From NCBI GenBank assembly GCA_001724265.1, contig MEDY01000028.1, forward strand, positions 1 through 64,000: DNA of 64,000 bases, in the 5' to 3' direction. The notes under the pieces are model-generated. The model made no database searches and had not been told where the DNA came from. It saw only the letters and a program-made list of their open reading frames with translations. Below, piece by piece: positions 1-11,461 of the stretch. Position numbers and translations under genes: made by a program. This DNA is from Rhizaria sp. SCN 62-66 (Eukaryota). Every line of letters begins with the position of its first letter. Within the stretch, counting starts at the first letter, position 1.

Positions 1-393
1 GCTCAATTCACAACCTCGCAGCCACTTTATTATCCATTGCTTCATAATTTGCGGATCATGATTTTGACTGGCGATACAGACGGTGACCCCACGGTGCTGG
101 CCGAAGGCACCAAGCCCCGGAACGTCTTTTTGTCGTCTTTCTTTGCGGATGGCGGTTATAGTGCGCTTTTAAAGCTGCTTCAGGACGAAGCAGTGCCTGT
201 TGCCACGAGGGATTTGGCTATGGCGCTGCGCCAGCTTGTGGACGTGATTGTCGGCGATGTTACGGATGCCGCTGCACTTGAGGCACGCTTGGGCGGAGAG
301 GACATCGCGGATTCGTCCGACGGATACCAAGTGGGCGATGAGTTTGGTGAGAGCAGTGATTACACTGGCGGAGACCCGCTGTCGATCGACTGA
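1..393 (+). CDS. 3' end of an ARM-repeat / importin-alpha-like protein (5'-truncated by the window edge)
   Basis: The frame is open from base 1 to TGA at 391-393. 'LHNLRIMILTG...NVFLSSFFADGGYSALLKLLQ' resembles the atypical last ARM repeat of importin-alpha and the C-terminus of the next gene. Confidence 0.45.
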   Translation, partial: AQFTTSQPLYYPLLHNLRIMILTGDTDGDPTVLAEGTKPRNVFLSSFFADGGYSALLKLLQDEAVPVATRDLAMALRQLVDVIVGDVTDAAALEARLGGEDIADSSDGYQVGDEFGESSDYTGGDPLSID

Positions 394-1417
394 CGAACTT
401 ACCTTCGTCAATCCGGTATTAGTGAGCATAATGCCTTTTTGTTGTCGATCGCTGCGTCAATACTGTGGCTCCGTTTATGATATCTGCCGCAGTTAAGGTC
501 GAAACATAAGCAATGATGTCTGTCACGAGTAACAAAAGTGGTGTTACACATGTATTAGCAATGCTAAAAAAAAATTTAACTTGTTACTACATGTTAAGTC
601 GTTTTAAATTGTATGTATGTCATTTTTATTTATACGTACATTGTTGTAGTCCATACGTCAAGTTAGATTTGAACTTTTGTCGTGTGATAGTTGATTTGTG
701 GCAGGTGCGTGTGAGGCACTTCCCTTCTTCGCAATGATACCTTCTGTCAAGCTTTACAAACTCAGTTAATTGGTAATTTGGCGTTAAAAATGGTATCATG
801 TATATCTGCATGGACTGCTTTCCTCAACTGTTAATCACATGCTCCACTGTGAATAACCAACGTAATTTCCAGTGCTACACAAACTTAGCATTCCGACCGT
901 TTATATGATGTTATGTTAGAATGCTACTTTTGAGACATATTACATTTTACATGCTATAATGTAAGAATACACTGTCTATAAGCTATTAACCCGAATTTTC
1001 ACCGCGAAATACGGCTTAATTGCGCATTTTGATGGCCAGTTTTGTTTTGTGGTAAAAGGCGAGGGTGAAGGTGTGATAAGTCCGGGCGACGAAATTCGTA
1101 GATCCTGTAGAAGATCAATTGTTCGTTAAGCTTTTTGTTGCCGAGATATTGTTGTTAACTGAGCTTTTTATTTGCGGAGTGATTTTAGAATTCTCTGGTC
1201 GCAGTCGATTAATGCGTTGTAAGCACCACACATTCATGTTTCCGCTGACAGACAAGATCTCGCACACCTTGTTTTGTATCTTCTTTATTTGCTCAGTGTA
1301 TGTACAGTGTTGTACAAGCTAACTATTGAGTTTCAGGCTTTATGTTGACCTAATTGTGCGCACATTTTGACTTGTTGAGACTCTCACCCACCGTTCAGGC
1401 TGTGGTTTTGGTCGAGG

Positions 1418-3145
1418 ATGTCGTCGCGCATACTAAGTCGGCTTCACCGCTCGATGGCTCAGATTCTGAATGGTCTCTCGACAAACCTCGACGATCTTCG
1501 CGAGTTTAAGAACGCTATTGCGCATGTGTCCCCCCACATTTATCATGGCGTTATTGAGATATTGCATGAAAATCACGTCATCGAATTCCTTACAAGGTCG
1601 CTTAGCCTCACAGGCGATCTTGACACCGGCGAGAGGACTGACATCATTTTGCAGTTGTATGATCGCTTGGCAACGTCAAACCACAGCAATGCCCGTAGCG
1701 CGATTGCTGAAGGCGGGAATTTTGAGGAACTGACTAAAATATTACTACTAACTGAAAATGTAAACGTTTTAAACCGCGTACTCAAGGTGCTCAGGGATGT
1801 TTCCACTTGTTTGTCAATCACGGCACAAGATAAGAGCGCGGCTCTGACTCATCTACACATGTTCATGGAGCAGTACGTCATGGCGCGTCTGCTCATGTTA
1901 ATGGAGAAAAGCGGGTTGGCTCATCGTGCGAGTGCGAGGACGTTCCATACCTGCTGCATCATTCTGTCGCTCTTGACCTCCCACGGTGCGCCGCCGCCCT
2001 ACCATGCCGTGGCACGCTTTCTGCCCTTGCTGCGCACTGTTCTTCACAAGCCCCTGTTAGTAGGAGGTCCATGCCATGCCCGAAATGTGCGACTGGCATC
2101 GTTTGTGGGGGTTATTGGCGTGTTTGGCACTGTCACCACCGACAGCGCCGACACCACTGACGTTGCCGATAGTGATGACGACAGCGCCGACAGTGACTCC
2201 AGCGACTCCAGCGACGACTGCGACAGCGACAACAACAGCGGCAGCGACAGCAATATCGACGATACTGACAGTGTTTCCCGCGCCGTCGGCAACGCCGTCA
2301 ACAGCACTGACGACAGCGCCGCCGACGCGGACGCCCGACTGGCTGACATCACCGCCTTCGCGCTGGGCGACGGGCTGGACGAGGTGCTCCGGGACCTGCC
2401 CGACGACGTGCCCCAGAGGCACCACGTGGAGGTGACGCACCTGCGCGTGCTGTTGCTATGCACCGCCGCACTTGACAGCGCCACGCTCGAGCGCGCGTTC
2501 ACCGCGCCTCGTCTCGATGCCTTTGCCGAATTTTTTAACAGCGCCAATTGGGACGTGGACACACTAGCGCCGGCCTCCGGGATTGTCACACGATTGATGG
2601 AAGTGTTTCCTTCTTTCAGGAATAAAATGATTGCGCAAAACGGCCTTGTCGCGTTGATGGATCACTACTCGTTTAACATATACTTTACTGACGTTCAGCC
2701 AGCTGGGGAGAGGCTCATTTGCCTGCTGCTGTCTACCGCCTCCGCCTCTGACGCGACTTGCCTGGCGCAGCTTCTTGTTAACGGCGGGGCCGTGCGCTTC
2801 TGCGCCCGAGCGCTCAAGGCGCCAACGCAGTGGCGGCCGGACAGCCGCGCCCGGTTCGGGCCGCCGAAGCCTGACAGTGCCGCGGTGCTGCGCCAAGTGC
2901 GCATGCTGCGACAGATGCTCGCCGTCGGTGCGTCGGCGCTTGGTGATGCGCAGGCGGCGCCCGCAGCTACAGCGCAACAGAACAATGTTGCGACCGCGTT
3001 TCTGGCCGTGGAAGGACTCGCGACACTTGAGCTGTTGCACACAGCTGAATTCATGCAAAAGAACGAACAGGCTCTCCTTGAACTTGCACAAATTTCATCA
3101 GCGCTTCTTGCAAGCACATCAGTTGCACATTCAGCTGATGCATGA
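1418..3145 (+). CDS. Divergent ARM-repeat (importin-alpha-like) protein with an acidic Asp/Ser insertion, 575 aa
   Basis: Long ATG..TGA ORF with ARM-like helices (ARSAIAEGGNFEELTKILL; FRNKMIAQNGLVALMD; LLVNGGAVRFCARAL) and C-terminal 'NNVATAFLAVEGLATLELL'. Confidence 0.55.
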   Translation: MSSRILSRLHRSMAQILNGLSTNLDDLREFKNAIAHVSPHIYHGVIEILHENHVIEFLTRSLSLTGDLDTGERTDIILQLYDRLATSNHSNARSAIAEGGNFEELTKILLLTENVNVLNRVLKVLRDVSTCLSITAQDKSAALTHLHMFMEQYVMARLLMLMEKSGLAHRASARTFHTCCIILSLLTSHGAPPPYHAVARFLPLLRTVLHKPLLVGGPCHARNVRLASFVGVIGVFGTVTTDSADTTDVADSDDDSADSDSSDSSDDCDSDNNSGSDSNIDDTDSVSRAVGNAVNSTDDSAADADARLADITAFALGDGLDEVLRDLPDDVPQRHHVEVTHLRVLLLCTAALDSATLERAFTAPRLDAFAEFFNSANWDVDTLAPASGIVTRLMEVFPSFRNKMIAQNGLVALMDHYSFNIYFTDVQPAGERLICLLLSTASASDATCLAQLLVNGGAVRFCARALKAPTQWRPDSRARFGPPKPDSAAVLRQVRMLRQMLAVGASALGDAQAAPAATAQQNNVATAFLAVEGLATLELLHTAEFMQKNEQALLELAQISSALLASTSVAHSADA

Positions 3146-3263
3146 GATTCGATCAAGATTTTGGCTGTAAGTTGTTACGCACGAAATTTTACATAAAGGG
3201 ACCCTCTCACAGGAGATCCACAGAGAAACGGCACCCAACGACCTCCTAAGCTCGATATATCAG

Positions 3264-3422
3264 GGTGGTGTTTTCTGTGAACACACACGGAAGGATTCTG
3301 TGTTTAAAGTGTATGTTTTCTGTGTTTAAAGTATCTGTTATCTGAATATAATTCGAATTATATGTATTTAAATGCTTATCATTTACACAAGAAACACCAC
3401 TTTCGAACACAGAAACACCACC
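3264..3422. repeat. ~160 bp AT-rich fold-back element (possible MITE relic)
   Basis: GGTGGTGTTTTCTGTG (3264-3279) is the inverse of CACAGAAACACCACC (3408-3422) with one indel. There is an internal perfect 18-bp palindrome ATATAATTCGAATTATAT (3346-3363). Confidence 0.35.
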
Positions 3423-3781
3423 TTTGGACACAGCGAGGGGAATACACCATGGGCCGTCTTCGTCACCGTCACACATGCTTTTTTATGTAAAATGTCGTGC
3501 GTCACATAAGTTCTCATTTTGCTTCCGAGTGATACTCAGTGGACACACATGATAATCAGTGGCAGTCGGAGTTACGCGTTGACATTGGGTTGGGTGCGTG
3601 GACATTTTGTTACTCAAGAAATAAGGCAATGAATTGTCTCTAAAAGTTTTTAAATGATACAGCATATATCGAGGTTAAGACAAAAGTGTAAAAGTTGTCG
3701 AGATATTTCAATGGAAATCTGTACAAAATCACGTGACATGCTGTGTTGAAGAGCGTTTGTGGTGGGTTGGCCGCTCCAGCC

Positions 3782-3804
3782 GCCCACAGTCACTGACTGT
3801 GGGC
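3782..3804. repeat. Perfect 11-bp inverted repeat with a 1-nt spacer, upstream of MPP-beta
   Basis: GCCCACAGTCA-C-TGACTGTGGGC. Confidence 0.7.
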
Positions 3805-4093
3805 CAGCCAGCCAGCTGGGCCGCAAAGTTAAGCCGGGCGAGTTTGGGGGGCCGTCAAGAAAACCGAGATTGCTTCTTTAATTTGTTTTGAATGCAGTCA
3901 TGGCGAAAATGACGTATATTTCGGCTTTATGGAGTATTTATTTCCGCGTGCGCTGCGCGCTGTGCGCTTTTCTGGCGACCAGGGACCCTTCGAATGGACG
4001 CTCTGAGGGCCTGTTGCTCTAGGCTCTGTCTCACTCGCACACCGATTTCTGTTCTTTGCTTGCCCCTGCCCTGTTTTCGTCTCGTTTAGAGTG

Positions 4094-5772
4094 ATGCTCT
4101 CTCGTCACACCCTTAAGAACCTGAGCCGCGGTGCTGGCAAGGTACGCAAGCGCTCCGCGCCTTTTCCCCCCTTTCACAAGCGCCCTCGGAAAAGGGCTTT
4201 AGCTTTTTTCGTTTGCGGGTGGCATGGCTCGGAGCACTTCCCCGTGCATCCTCGCTGGTTGTCCCAAACGCGCCCACAAGAGCAGCTGCACTTATCCTTG
4301 CGATTGACGCGCTCGTCACTCACTCTGCGCCGCCTATTTCTTCGCTTATCTCTCTCTTGTTCCTGCTCTGTGCTTCTCTTGATCTCGCTTCTTCCCCACT
4401 TTTTTAGGTTGGCGCTCGCGCCTTCTCTGCTAGCTCCTCGATCATTGAGACCCTCAAGCAGCACCCCACTGCCAAGAGCTCCGTGCTCGGCAACGGCCTC
4501 AAGATTGTCTCCGAGCCCACCGCGAGTGAGCAGGTGACCATCGGTGTTGCCATCAACGCCGGCTCCCGCTACGAGAATGAGAAGAACAACGGTGTCGCTC
4601 ACTTCCTTGAGCACATCCTCTTCAAGGGCACTGGCAAGCGCACCCGCACTCAGCTCGAGAGCGAGGTCGAGCAGATGGGCGCTCAGCTCAACGCTTACAC
4701 CACCCGCGAGTCGACCCTCTTCTACATCACCGCGTTCAAGAAGGACACCGAGCAGGCCGTCGACATCATCTCCGACATGGTCCTCAACTCCAAGCTCTCG
4801 GCCGCCGCTGTGGAGGAGGAGCGCGGCGTCATTCTCCGCGAGGCCGAGGACGTTGAGTCCAAGCTCCAGGAGGTTGTCTTCGAGCGTCTCCACCAGACCG
4901 CGTACCGCGGCACCTCGATGGCCCGCCCCATCCTGGGCTCCGAGGAGAACATCAAGTCCATCTCCAAGGCTGACATCGAGAACTACGTGAAGTCCCACTA
5001 CGTCGCGCCCCGCATGTCGCTCATCGCGGCCGGCGGTGTCGACCACGCCAAGCTCGTGACCCTGGCCGAGAAGCATTTCTCCCAGGTCCCCGCGCAGGCC
5101 TCGAACGGCATTCCCGCCGTCAAGCCCGCGACGGCCTTCACCGGCTCCGACATCCGCGTCAACGAGGACGACATGCCCTTCGCGCACCTCGCCTACGCCT
5201 TCGAGACTGGCGGCTGGCACGACGCTGACAACTACCCCCTGATGGTGCTCCAGATGATCCTCGACTCGTGGAACTACGGCAACACCTCGGGCATCCACTC
5301 CTCCTCGCCCCTGATCCCGCACATCGCCGCGGGCCGCCTCGCCGAGTCCGTGTCGCCTTTTAACACCATCTACTCCGACACCGGCCTTTTCGGTGTGTAC
5401 GCCGTCGCCGACGCCACCACGCTCGACGAGCTGATGACCCACATCCCTCTGACCATCACCAACATGGCTTACAACCTGCCCCCCGAGATGGTCGAGGAGG
5501 CCAAGAACAAGCTCCGCGTCGCGCTCATGGCCTCGCTCAACGGCCAGGCCGCCATCTTCGACGACCTTGCGCGCAACGTCGCCGCCTTCGGCCGCCGCGT
5601 GCACCCGCTCGAGGTGCTGCAGCGCATCGAGCAGGTCGACGCGCTCCAGATCCAGGACGTCATCCGCCGCCGCTTCTACGACCACGACTTCGCGCTCGCC
5701 GCGCTCGGCCCCCTCTGGGAGCTCCCCGACTACAACCTCATCTACCGCCGCACCTGGTCCGCCCGCATCTAA
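4094..5772 (+). CDS. PMPCB: Mitochondrial processing peptidase beta subunit (M16B); join(4094..4141,4408..5772)
   Basis: Intact HxxEH zinc motif (GVAHFLEHILFKGT), LNAYTTRE and YSDTGLFGVY. Exon 1 encodes a basic presequence. The GTACGC..TTTTAG intron restores the frame. TAA stop. Confidence 0.93.
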
Positions 5773-6490
5773 GCGCCGCATCGAAGCGTAGCGAGAGGGG
5801 GTGGAAGTAGTGGAGGTGAGGTCGCGGTCGCAGTCGCAACACAGCCTGTGACTGCGTAGCGCGCTTGCGCGCTAACAAATCAAGCAAGCAGCAGGAGGGA
5901 GGGTGCCGTTGTGTCGTTGACGGCGGCGCCCTCTGATATGAGATGAGACGGTGTGGGTTGGTCTGGAAGCGCCCGCGCTGCCCCAAGTACTGCGGCGGCG
6001 GCGGGCGCGATGTGCAAAATACCGGGGGGCTCGTAGCGAGCATCTCGCGTGTTATTTATTCTCCTGGTTGCATTTGCCCCACCGTGTCTTGTCCAAGTCA
6101 CATCATAGCACGGGTGGCACGGTGACGCGAGGGTTTCTCGCTGTGCACCGAGCTAATATTCAAATACATTATTTTTTCGTTTTTCATCACTCACATAATT
6201 ACATTCACTATTCATAAGTAGAATAATATGGTCATATTTCAGTATTTATATCACTTGTATTTCTTTCGCCGAACCAAAACGCCCTTCACGAGCGTTCTAA
6301 CTCTACGCGACCTTGTCGTCGCATCACATCCGTCCTGCAGCAGCGTGGACTGCAGCTGCGCGCGCGCACGCGCGCTCGCTTCGACCGGACCCGATCCACG
6401 TCACATCACAGCATTAGCAACTTCACACTGGAGGTTGCACACAGCGATTTCACATCGACACTGCACTTGCACTTTGAGGCAGCGCGTTCC

Positions 6491-7962
6491 TCACTGGGGG
6501 TCAATGCCGAGCTTCTCCTGGAGCGCGCGGACCTGCGCGCGGAGCTCCTTGAGCTGCGCGTTCTTGTCCTGGATCATCTTGTGCAGCTGCTGGTACTGCG
6601 CCGTGGCCTGGACCTTGCCCGTGAGCTCCGCGCGCGCCTCGTCGAGCCGGCGCTTGAGGTCGGCGTGCGTCTCGCCGCTGCGCTTCTCCGCCGCGAGCAG
6701 CTCCGCGCGCGCCGCAGCCAGCTCGGCTGCCAGCGCGCCGGAGTTGTTGCTCTGCGCCGCCGCTGCCAGGTCAGACGTCAGCTGCGCCGGGCCGGGCCAG
6801 GGCGGGACGAAGCAAGTGAGAGAGCAAAGCAGAAACCGTGAAGGGTGGGTGAGTTAGATGAAATCAGTGTCGTTCGCTTGCATTACAGAGAGCACAGCCA
6901 ATGTCAATCCACAGAAAAAATCACATATCGCGCGTGTATCGCATAACGCGGTGCCGTACCTGCGCGGCGGCCTTCTGCATCGCGCCGATGGTGTCTTTGG
7001 AGTCCGCGCTCTCGCGCTGGGCCGCGATAAGCTGCTCCTGCATGCGCGCGACGCGGCCCAGCAGCGTGTCCTTCTCCGCCTCCAGGTCCTTCACGCGCAC
7101 CACCAGGTTCGCGTCGATCTCGCCGTTGATCGCTGCGACGGAGAAGATCGAGGGCGACGGTGCGCAGTGCAAGAGAGGAAATTAAGAACAAAGCAAGTTA
7201 GGTGAGTATGACGAGTGTGAAAACACATAACAATCATGTAAGCAGCACAACAGTTAAAAAAAAAAGCTGCCACCTCTCAGTGCTGCAACATAACAACTAT
7301 ATTCCCTCACCAAAGCATATTGCGAGTCTAGGCGATATGAAACGTACATGCGAGCTTCTTGTTTGCGACCTCGAGACGCGGGCCCAGCTCGAAGTTCTTG
7401 AGCGCGTCGAGCAGCTGCGCGTCGTCAAGACGCGCCGTGTCGACGCTCACCGAAAAGCCCTGCGCCTCGGCCTGGAGGAAGATGAGCGTGAGGAACAGCA
7501 CCGACTGGTGCGCGTAGCGTTCGAACTCAGTCTGCACCTCGGCGCGGACCGTGGTGTGCAGCGCGCCCAGCTTCTCCTTGACCTCGTCCGCGGTGTACAC
7601 GCTCTCGGTCAGATTAATCTCCTGCGCGTCGTGGAACGCGTGCGAGATCTGTGCGCGACAGGAGGTGTGTGCGGCGCGAGAGTGTCAAGTTAGAGGACAT
7701 CGAGATAGCAGGAGGAGATGTCGAAGAGATAGAGAAGTTTGAGGATAAACACAAAGCAAAAACACATAGTAGTCCACAGAAACAAGCGTGGCAAAAGTCG
7801 GGACATCCTGTACGTGTGCATTATAATGTGTTGGCTATGAATAGATATACGTACCTCATTTTGGGACGATAGAAGGCGGCGACGGAAATACTTGAGATAG
7901 CCATTGATGTGGACCTGGTGCGCGGGGCTGAGCTTGTCCAAGTGGACCTGCTGATCAGACAT
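6491..7962 (-). CDS. LZTFL1: LZTFL1/BBS17 (BBSome regulator); exons 7962..7855, 7648..7348, 7132..6960, 6781..6491
   Basis: The spliced product LSPAHQVHINGYLKYFR..ESVYTADEVKEKLGAL..VQTEFERYAHQSVLFLTLIFLQAE..KVQATAQYQQLHKMIQDKNAQLKELR follows the LZTFL1 pattern. Three GTACG..AG introns have compatible phases. TGA stop. Confidence 0.8.
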
Positions 7963-8727
7963 CACCTATACAAACAGATACATATTGAAGTAGATCATGT
8001 TAGCAAGCGTGAGAAGAGCCCGATGAGGATGTCGAGACGATGAGGTCAACGGCTTCTTCCTAAGATGAGCATTTAGATGACTGAAGTACATAGCAATAAA
8101 ATTCGGAAAGATAATTTCCGTAAAAAATAGAAAACCGCCGTGTCAATTCTGAACACTTGTCAATATCCACATTGCACGTTCATATGCGGGCATATGCGGA
8201 CTCGAATGTAGGTCTTCTTGAAAGGCGTGCTTCGAAGCCGCACCAGATTTCACCGAGAGGATAGCTGCTCCAAGCATATTTCGCCCGGAACTTCCGTCAG
8301 ACGCAATGACGAAACAGTACAAGAGAGACTTTGTGCATATCTACATGTTCATTCTTTTTGTTCTTTTGAGTTCATCAATACGACCCCACAGTGCGCCTCA
8401 GCCGCAAAGACGAGAGTCGACGCCGTGCCGTGTTGCCTCCGATAAATTAATCATCCAGATTACGCCACTCTAATCAATTGCAACGATATGTTCACGGAGC
8501 CATAAGATGCACAAAGCACAGTCGTGTTCAATATCAAACGCTTTAGCGACATATAACAGGCTTACTAGTGATTGCACTCCACTTTCTGTCTTCCCATGAC
8601 GCGACTCACCATTCCACACTTTTCGTTCCCCCCACGCTTTGTGGACACAGAAGCCCCCTTTCTTTAGCACAACTCAGCATCCCGTTTGCTCCCCATCTTG
8701 GCTGCGCCGCGCCCCCGTTCCGTAGCG

Positions 8728-11151
8728 ATGTCGTCGGGCTCCCCCCGCTCCTCCCCGCTGCAGCGCGTGCTGTTCGCGGTGTCCTCGGCAGTGCTCGTGG
8801 CCGGGCTGGCCGTCATGGTCTACTACGCCTCGGTGCTGCTCAGCGCCTCGGCCACGCCCGTGGGCGGCGACGCTCCCGCCGCGTCGCAGCCCGCGGCCGA
8901 GTTTGGGCGCGTGCCCGCGCTTGACACGGTCGGCGTGCTGCCGGTCGCGCACACGGCCGGCTTCGTGCCCGTCGCGCTCCCCGCCACGGCCACGGGCGAG
9001 GCCGTTTCCGTGAGCGCGCACTACTGGCTCGTCCCGCCGCAGCGCCTCGCGCTCGAGGACTCGGACGCGAACCGCGCGGCCGTGCCCGTGCTGGTGTGGC
9101 TGGGCGCGGGCGGCGACAAGTGCACCGACTCGGCGCTCTACGCCGGGCTCACGGCGCTCTTGCCCTACACCTTCCAGCTCACGCCAGAGTCCGTCGAGGC
9201 CGCCACGCGTGCGCGCGCCGGCCCGCGGCTTGAGCTGCTGGCGAACCGCCGCGCGTGGAACCGCCGCGCGGCACTGCTGCTGCTCGACTTCGTGCCCGGC
9301 GTCGGCTTCGCGCACCACACGCCCGCAGACCCGGCGGACCCGGCCTCCGCGCCGGCCTCGTCGCGCGTGCCCGCGACGCCCGCCGAGCTGGCCGCGCTGG
9401 CCGAGGGCGCGCTGCTCGCGCTATGGGAGCGCCACACCGAGCTGCGCGGCCGCAGCGTCTTCCTGGCCGGCGACGACTTCGCGGGCGTCATCGCGCCGCG
9501 CGTCGCGCAGAGCCTGCTGCGTCGCGGCGAGCTCGTCTCCCCCGAGGCCGCGTCGCCGCTCACGCTTGCCGAGCGCCGCGCCGCGTCCGCGCTGCTGCCG
9601 ACCGTGGGCGGACTCGTGCTGCTGTCGCCGCAGCTCTCGCCCTCTGCGCAGCTCGCCAGCGCCACGGCGTCGCTCTTCCGCGCCGGGCTGATCGACCGCA
9701 AGCAGCGCAAGCTCGCGCGCCAGCACCTGGCGCAGTGCGCCGCCGCCGAGGCCGCCGCGGCGCGCCTCGCCGGCTCGCCGCTGGCGGGTGACCGCGACAT
9801 GGGCACGGCGCTGTCAGTGGCGGCGGCGCACGCGTGCGACATCCGCCCGCTGCTGCAGACGATGCTGCCCGGCTCGCTGCTCGGCGATGCGCGCGTGGCG
9901 CCGTCCCCGGCGGCGCAGCTCGTCGCGCGCAACCCGCTCCCGCGCGCGGCCCGCGAGGCGCGTTACGTCGAGTTGCGCGCGGCCGCCGAATCGCTGCTGT
10001 CGCACGCCGCGCGCCTCGGCGCCGCCAACGCCACCGCCGCTGCTGCTGCCGCCGCGTCCGCGGGCAGCCCCGCAGCCGCCGTTGCGGCCGCCACCGACGG
10101 CAACGGCAAGGCTCTGCTGACCGCTGCGAACACGACCGGCGTTGTTGCGGCTGGGTCTGCGCCGCCGGGCCCCGAGGCGTGGGCGCTGCTCGCAGCCGCG
10201 GCGCGCGCGGGCACTGCTCTGGACATGGTGCGCGCTTCGCGGCTCGCGCTGCCGCTGTCGCCCGCGCAGGCGCTGCTGCGCGCGTCTGTCGACGGCTTTA
10301 TGGACTCGAAGCTCGTGCGCAGGCAGATCTACGCCGGTGGCGCGCGCCGCGTCGACTGGAACGGCGGGCTCTTCGCCGCGGCCGCCGAACTGCGTCTCTC
10401 GGGTGCGGCCGGCATGGAGGGGCTCTCTGCGCTGCGCGGCGCCGGGCTGCCCCCCGCGGGCGCGGCGAACGTGACTGTGGTGCAGTCGATGGGCGCGGGC
10501 GTGCCCGTGGGCGTGGACGCAGTGGGCGTGCTGGGCAAGGTGCCCGTGCTGCTGGTGACGGGCCAGTTCGACCTGACCACGCCCGCGACCGCGCTCGAGG
10601 ACGCGCTCACCAAGTCCTCCGGCTGGCCCACCGTGCCGTTCGCGCGTGACGAGGACGAGGACGACGCGGCCGACGGCGCGGATGAGGACGCACATGCTAT
10701 CTACATCGAGGACGACGTCGACGCTGACGCCGACGCTGACGCCGACGCCAACGCCGACGCCGAGACTGGCGCCGACGCCGAGACTGGCGCCGACGCCGAG
10801 GAAGAGGATACCGAGGTCGAGGCCGGCAAGGCTAAGGGCAAGGGCGCTAACAAGGGCAAGAACGACGGCAACGCGGAGGAGCGCACCGGCATCGAGGGCT
10901 ACGGCAACGGGCGCGTGGGCCTCTACTACGTCGAGTCTGGCAAGCGCGGCATGATGTACGCCGGGCAGGTGCGCCGCGGCAAGGGCAAGTTCGTGCACTC
11001 GCGGCACCTCACGCACCTGACCATCGCGCACGCCGGCCACGGGCTCGCCATTGCGCAGGAGCAGGACCGCTTCGTCTTCGCCGCCGTCGCGCGCTTCGCC
11101 AAGGGCCGCCGCATCCGCGGCGCAGTCCCCCCGCTCCCCGAGGGCGTTTGA
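8728..11151 (+). CDS. Serine carboxypeptidase (S10)-like protein with an N-terminal signal anchor, probably catalytically inactive
   Basis: Degenerate S10 motifs in the correct order: PVLVWLGAG, AWNRRAALLLLDFVPGVGFA, FLAGDDFAG (for GESYAG), VLLVTGQFDL, TIAHAGH. Hydrophobic N-terminal segment. TGA stop. Confidence 0.75.
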   Translation: MSSGSPRSSPLQRVLFAVSSAVLVAGLAVMVYYASVLLSASATPVGGDAPAASQPAAEFGRVPALDTVGVLPVAHTAGFVPVALPATATGEAVSVSAHYWLVPPQRLALEDSDANRAAVPVLVWLGAGGDKCTDSALYAGLTALLPYTFQLTPESVEAATRARAGPRLELLANRRAWNRRAALLLLDFVPGVGFAHHTPADPADPASAPASSRVPATPAELAALAEGALLALWERHTELRGRSVFLAGDDFAGVIAPRVAQSLLRRGELVSPEAASPLTLAERRAASALLPTVGGLVLLSPQLSPSAQLASATASLFRAGLIDRKQRKLARQHLAQCAAAEAAAARLAGSPLAGDRDMGTALSVAAAHACDIRPLLQTMLPGSLLGDARVAPSPAAQLVARNPLPRAAREARYVELRAAAESLLSHAARLGAANATAAAAAAASAGSPAAAVAAATDGNGKALLTAANTTGVVAAGSAPPGPEAWALLAAAARAGTALDMVRASRLALPLSPAQALLRASVDGFMDSKLVRRQIYAGGARRVDWNGGLFAAAAELRLSGAAGMEGLSALRGAGLPPAGAANVTVVQSMGAGVPVGVDAVGVLGKVPVLLVTGQFDLTTPATALEDALTKSSGWPTVPFARDEDEDDAADGADEDAHAIYIEDDVDADADADADANADAETGADAETGADAEEEDTEVEAGKAKGKGANKGKNDGNAEERTGIEGYGNGRVGLYYVESGKRGMMYAGQVRRGKGKFVHSRHLTHLTIAHAGHGLAIAQEQDRFVFAAVARFAKGRRIRGAVPPLPEGV

Positions 11152-11461
11152 GTGAGCGTGGCGGCTGCGTGAGCCGTGCGCTCGCTACTACTCTGCGTTC
11201 ACGAGATATTTAACACGGAGTGTGCGTGTGCTGGGGTAACTTTATTTGTGAGTTAATTTGGAATTACTGTTTTACATATCATCATCACTAACACTAGAAA
11301 TGGTCGACACCAGTGATTGAAGAATACAACATTGTTTTGATTCAAATGGACAGCAATTTAGCATGATTGTCTATTAGACTTGGCCATATGCCTTGTTCAC
11401 GATAGCTATGTAATCTTAATGTGTGTGATTCTCAGCGTCTCCGCGCAGGCACACCTTGCGT

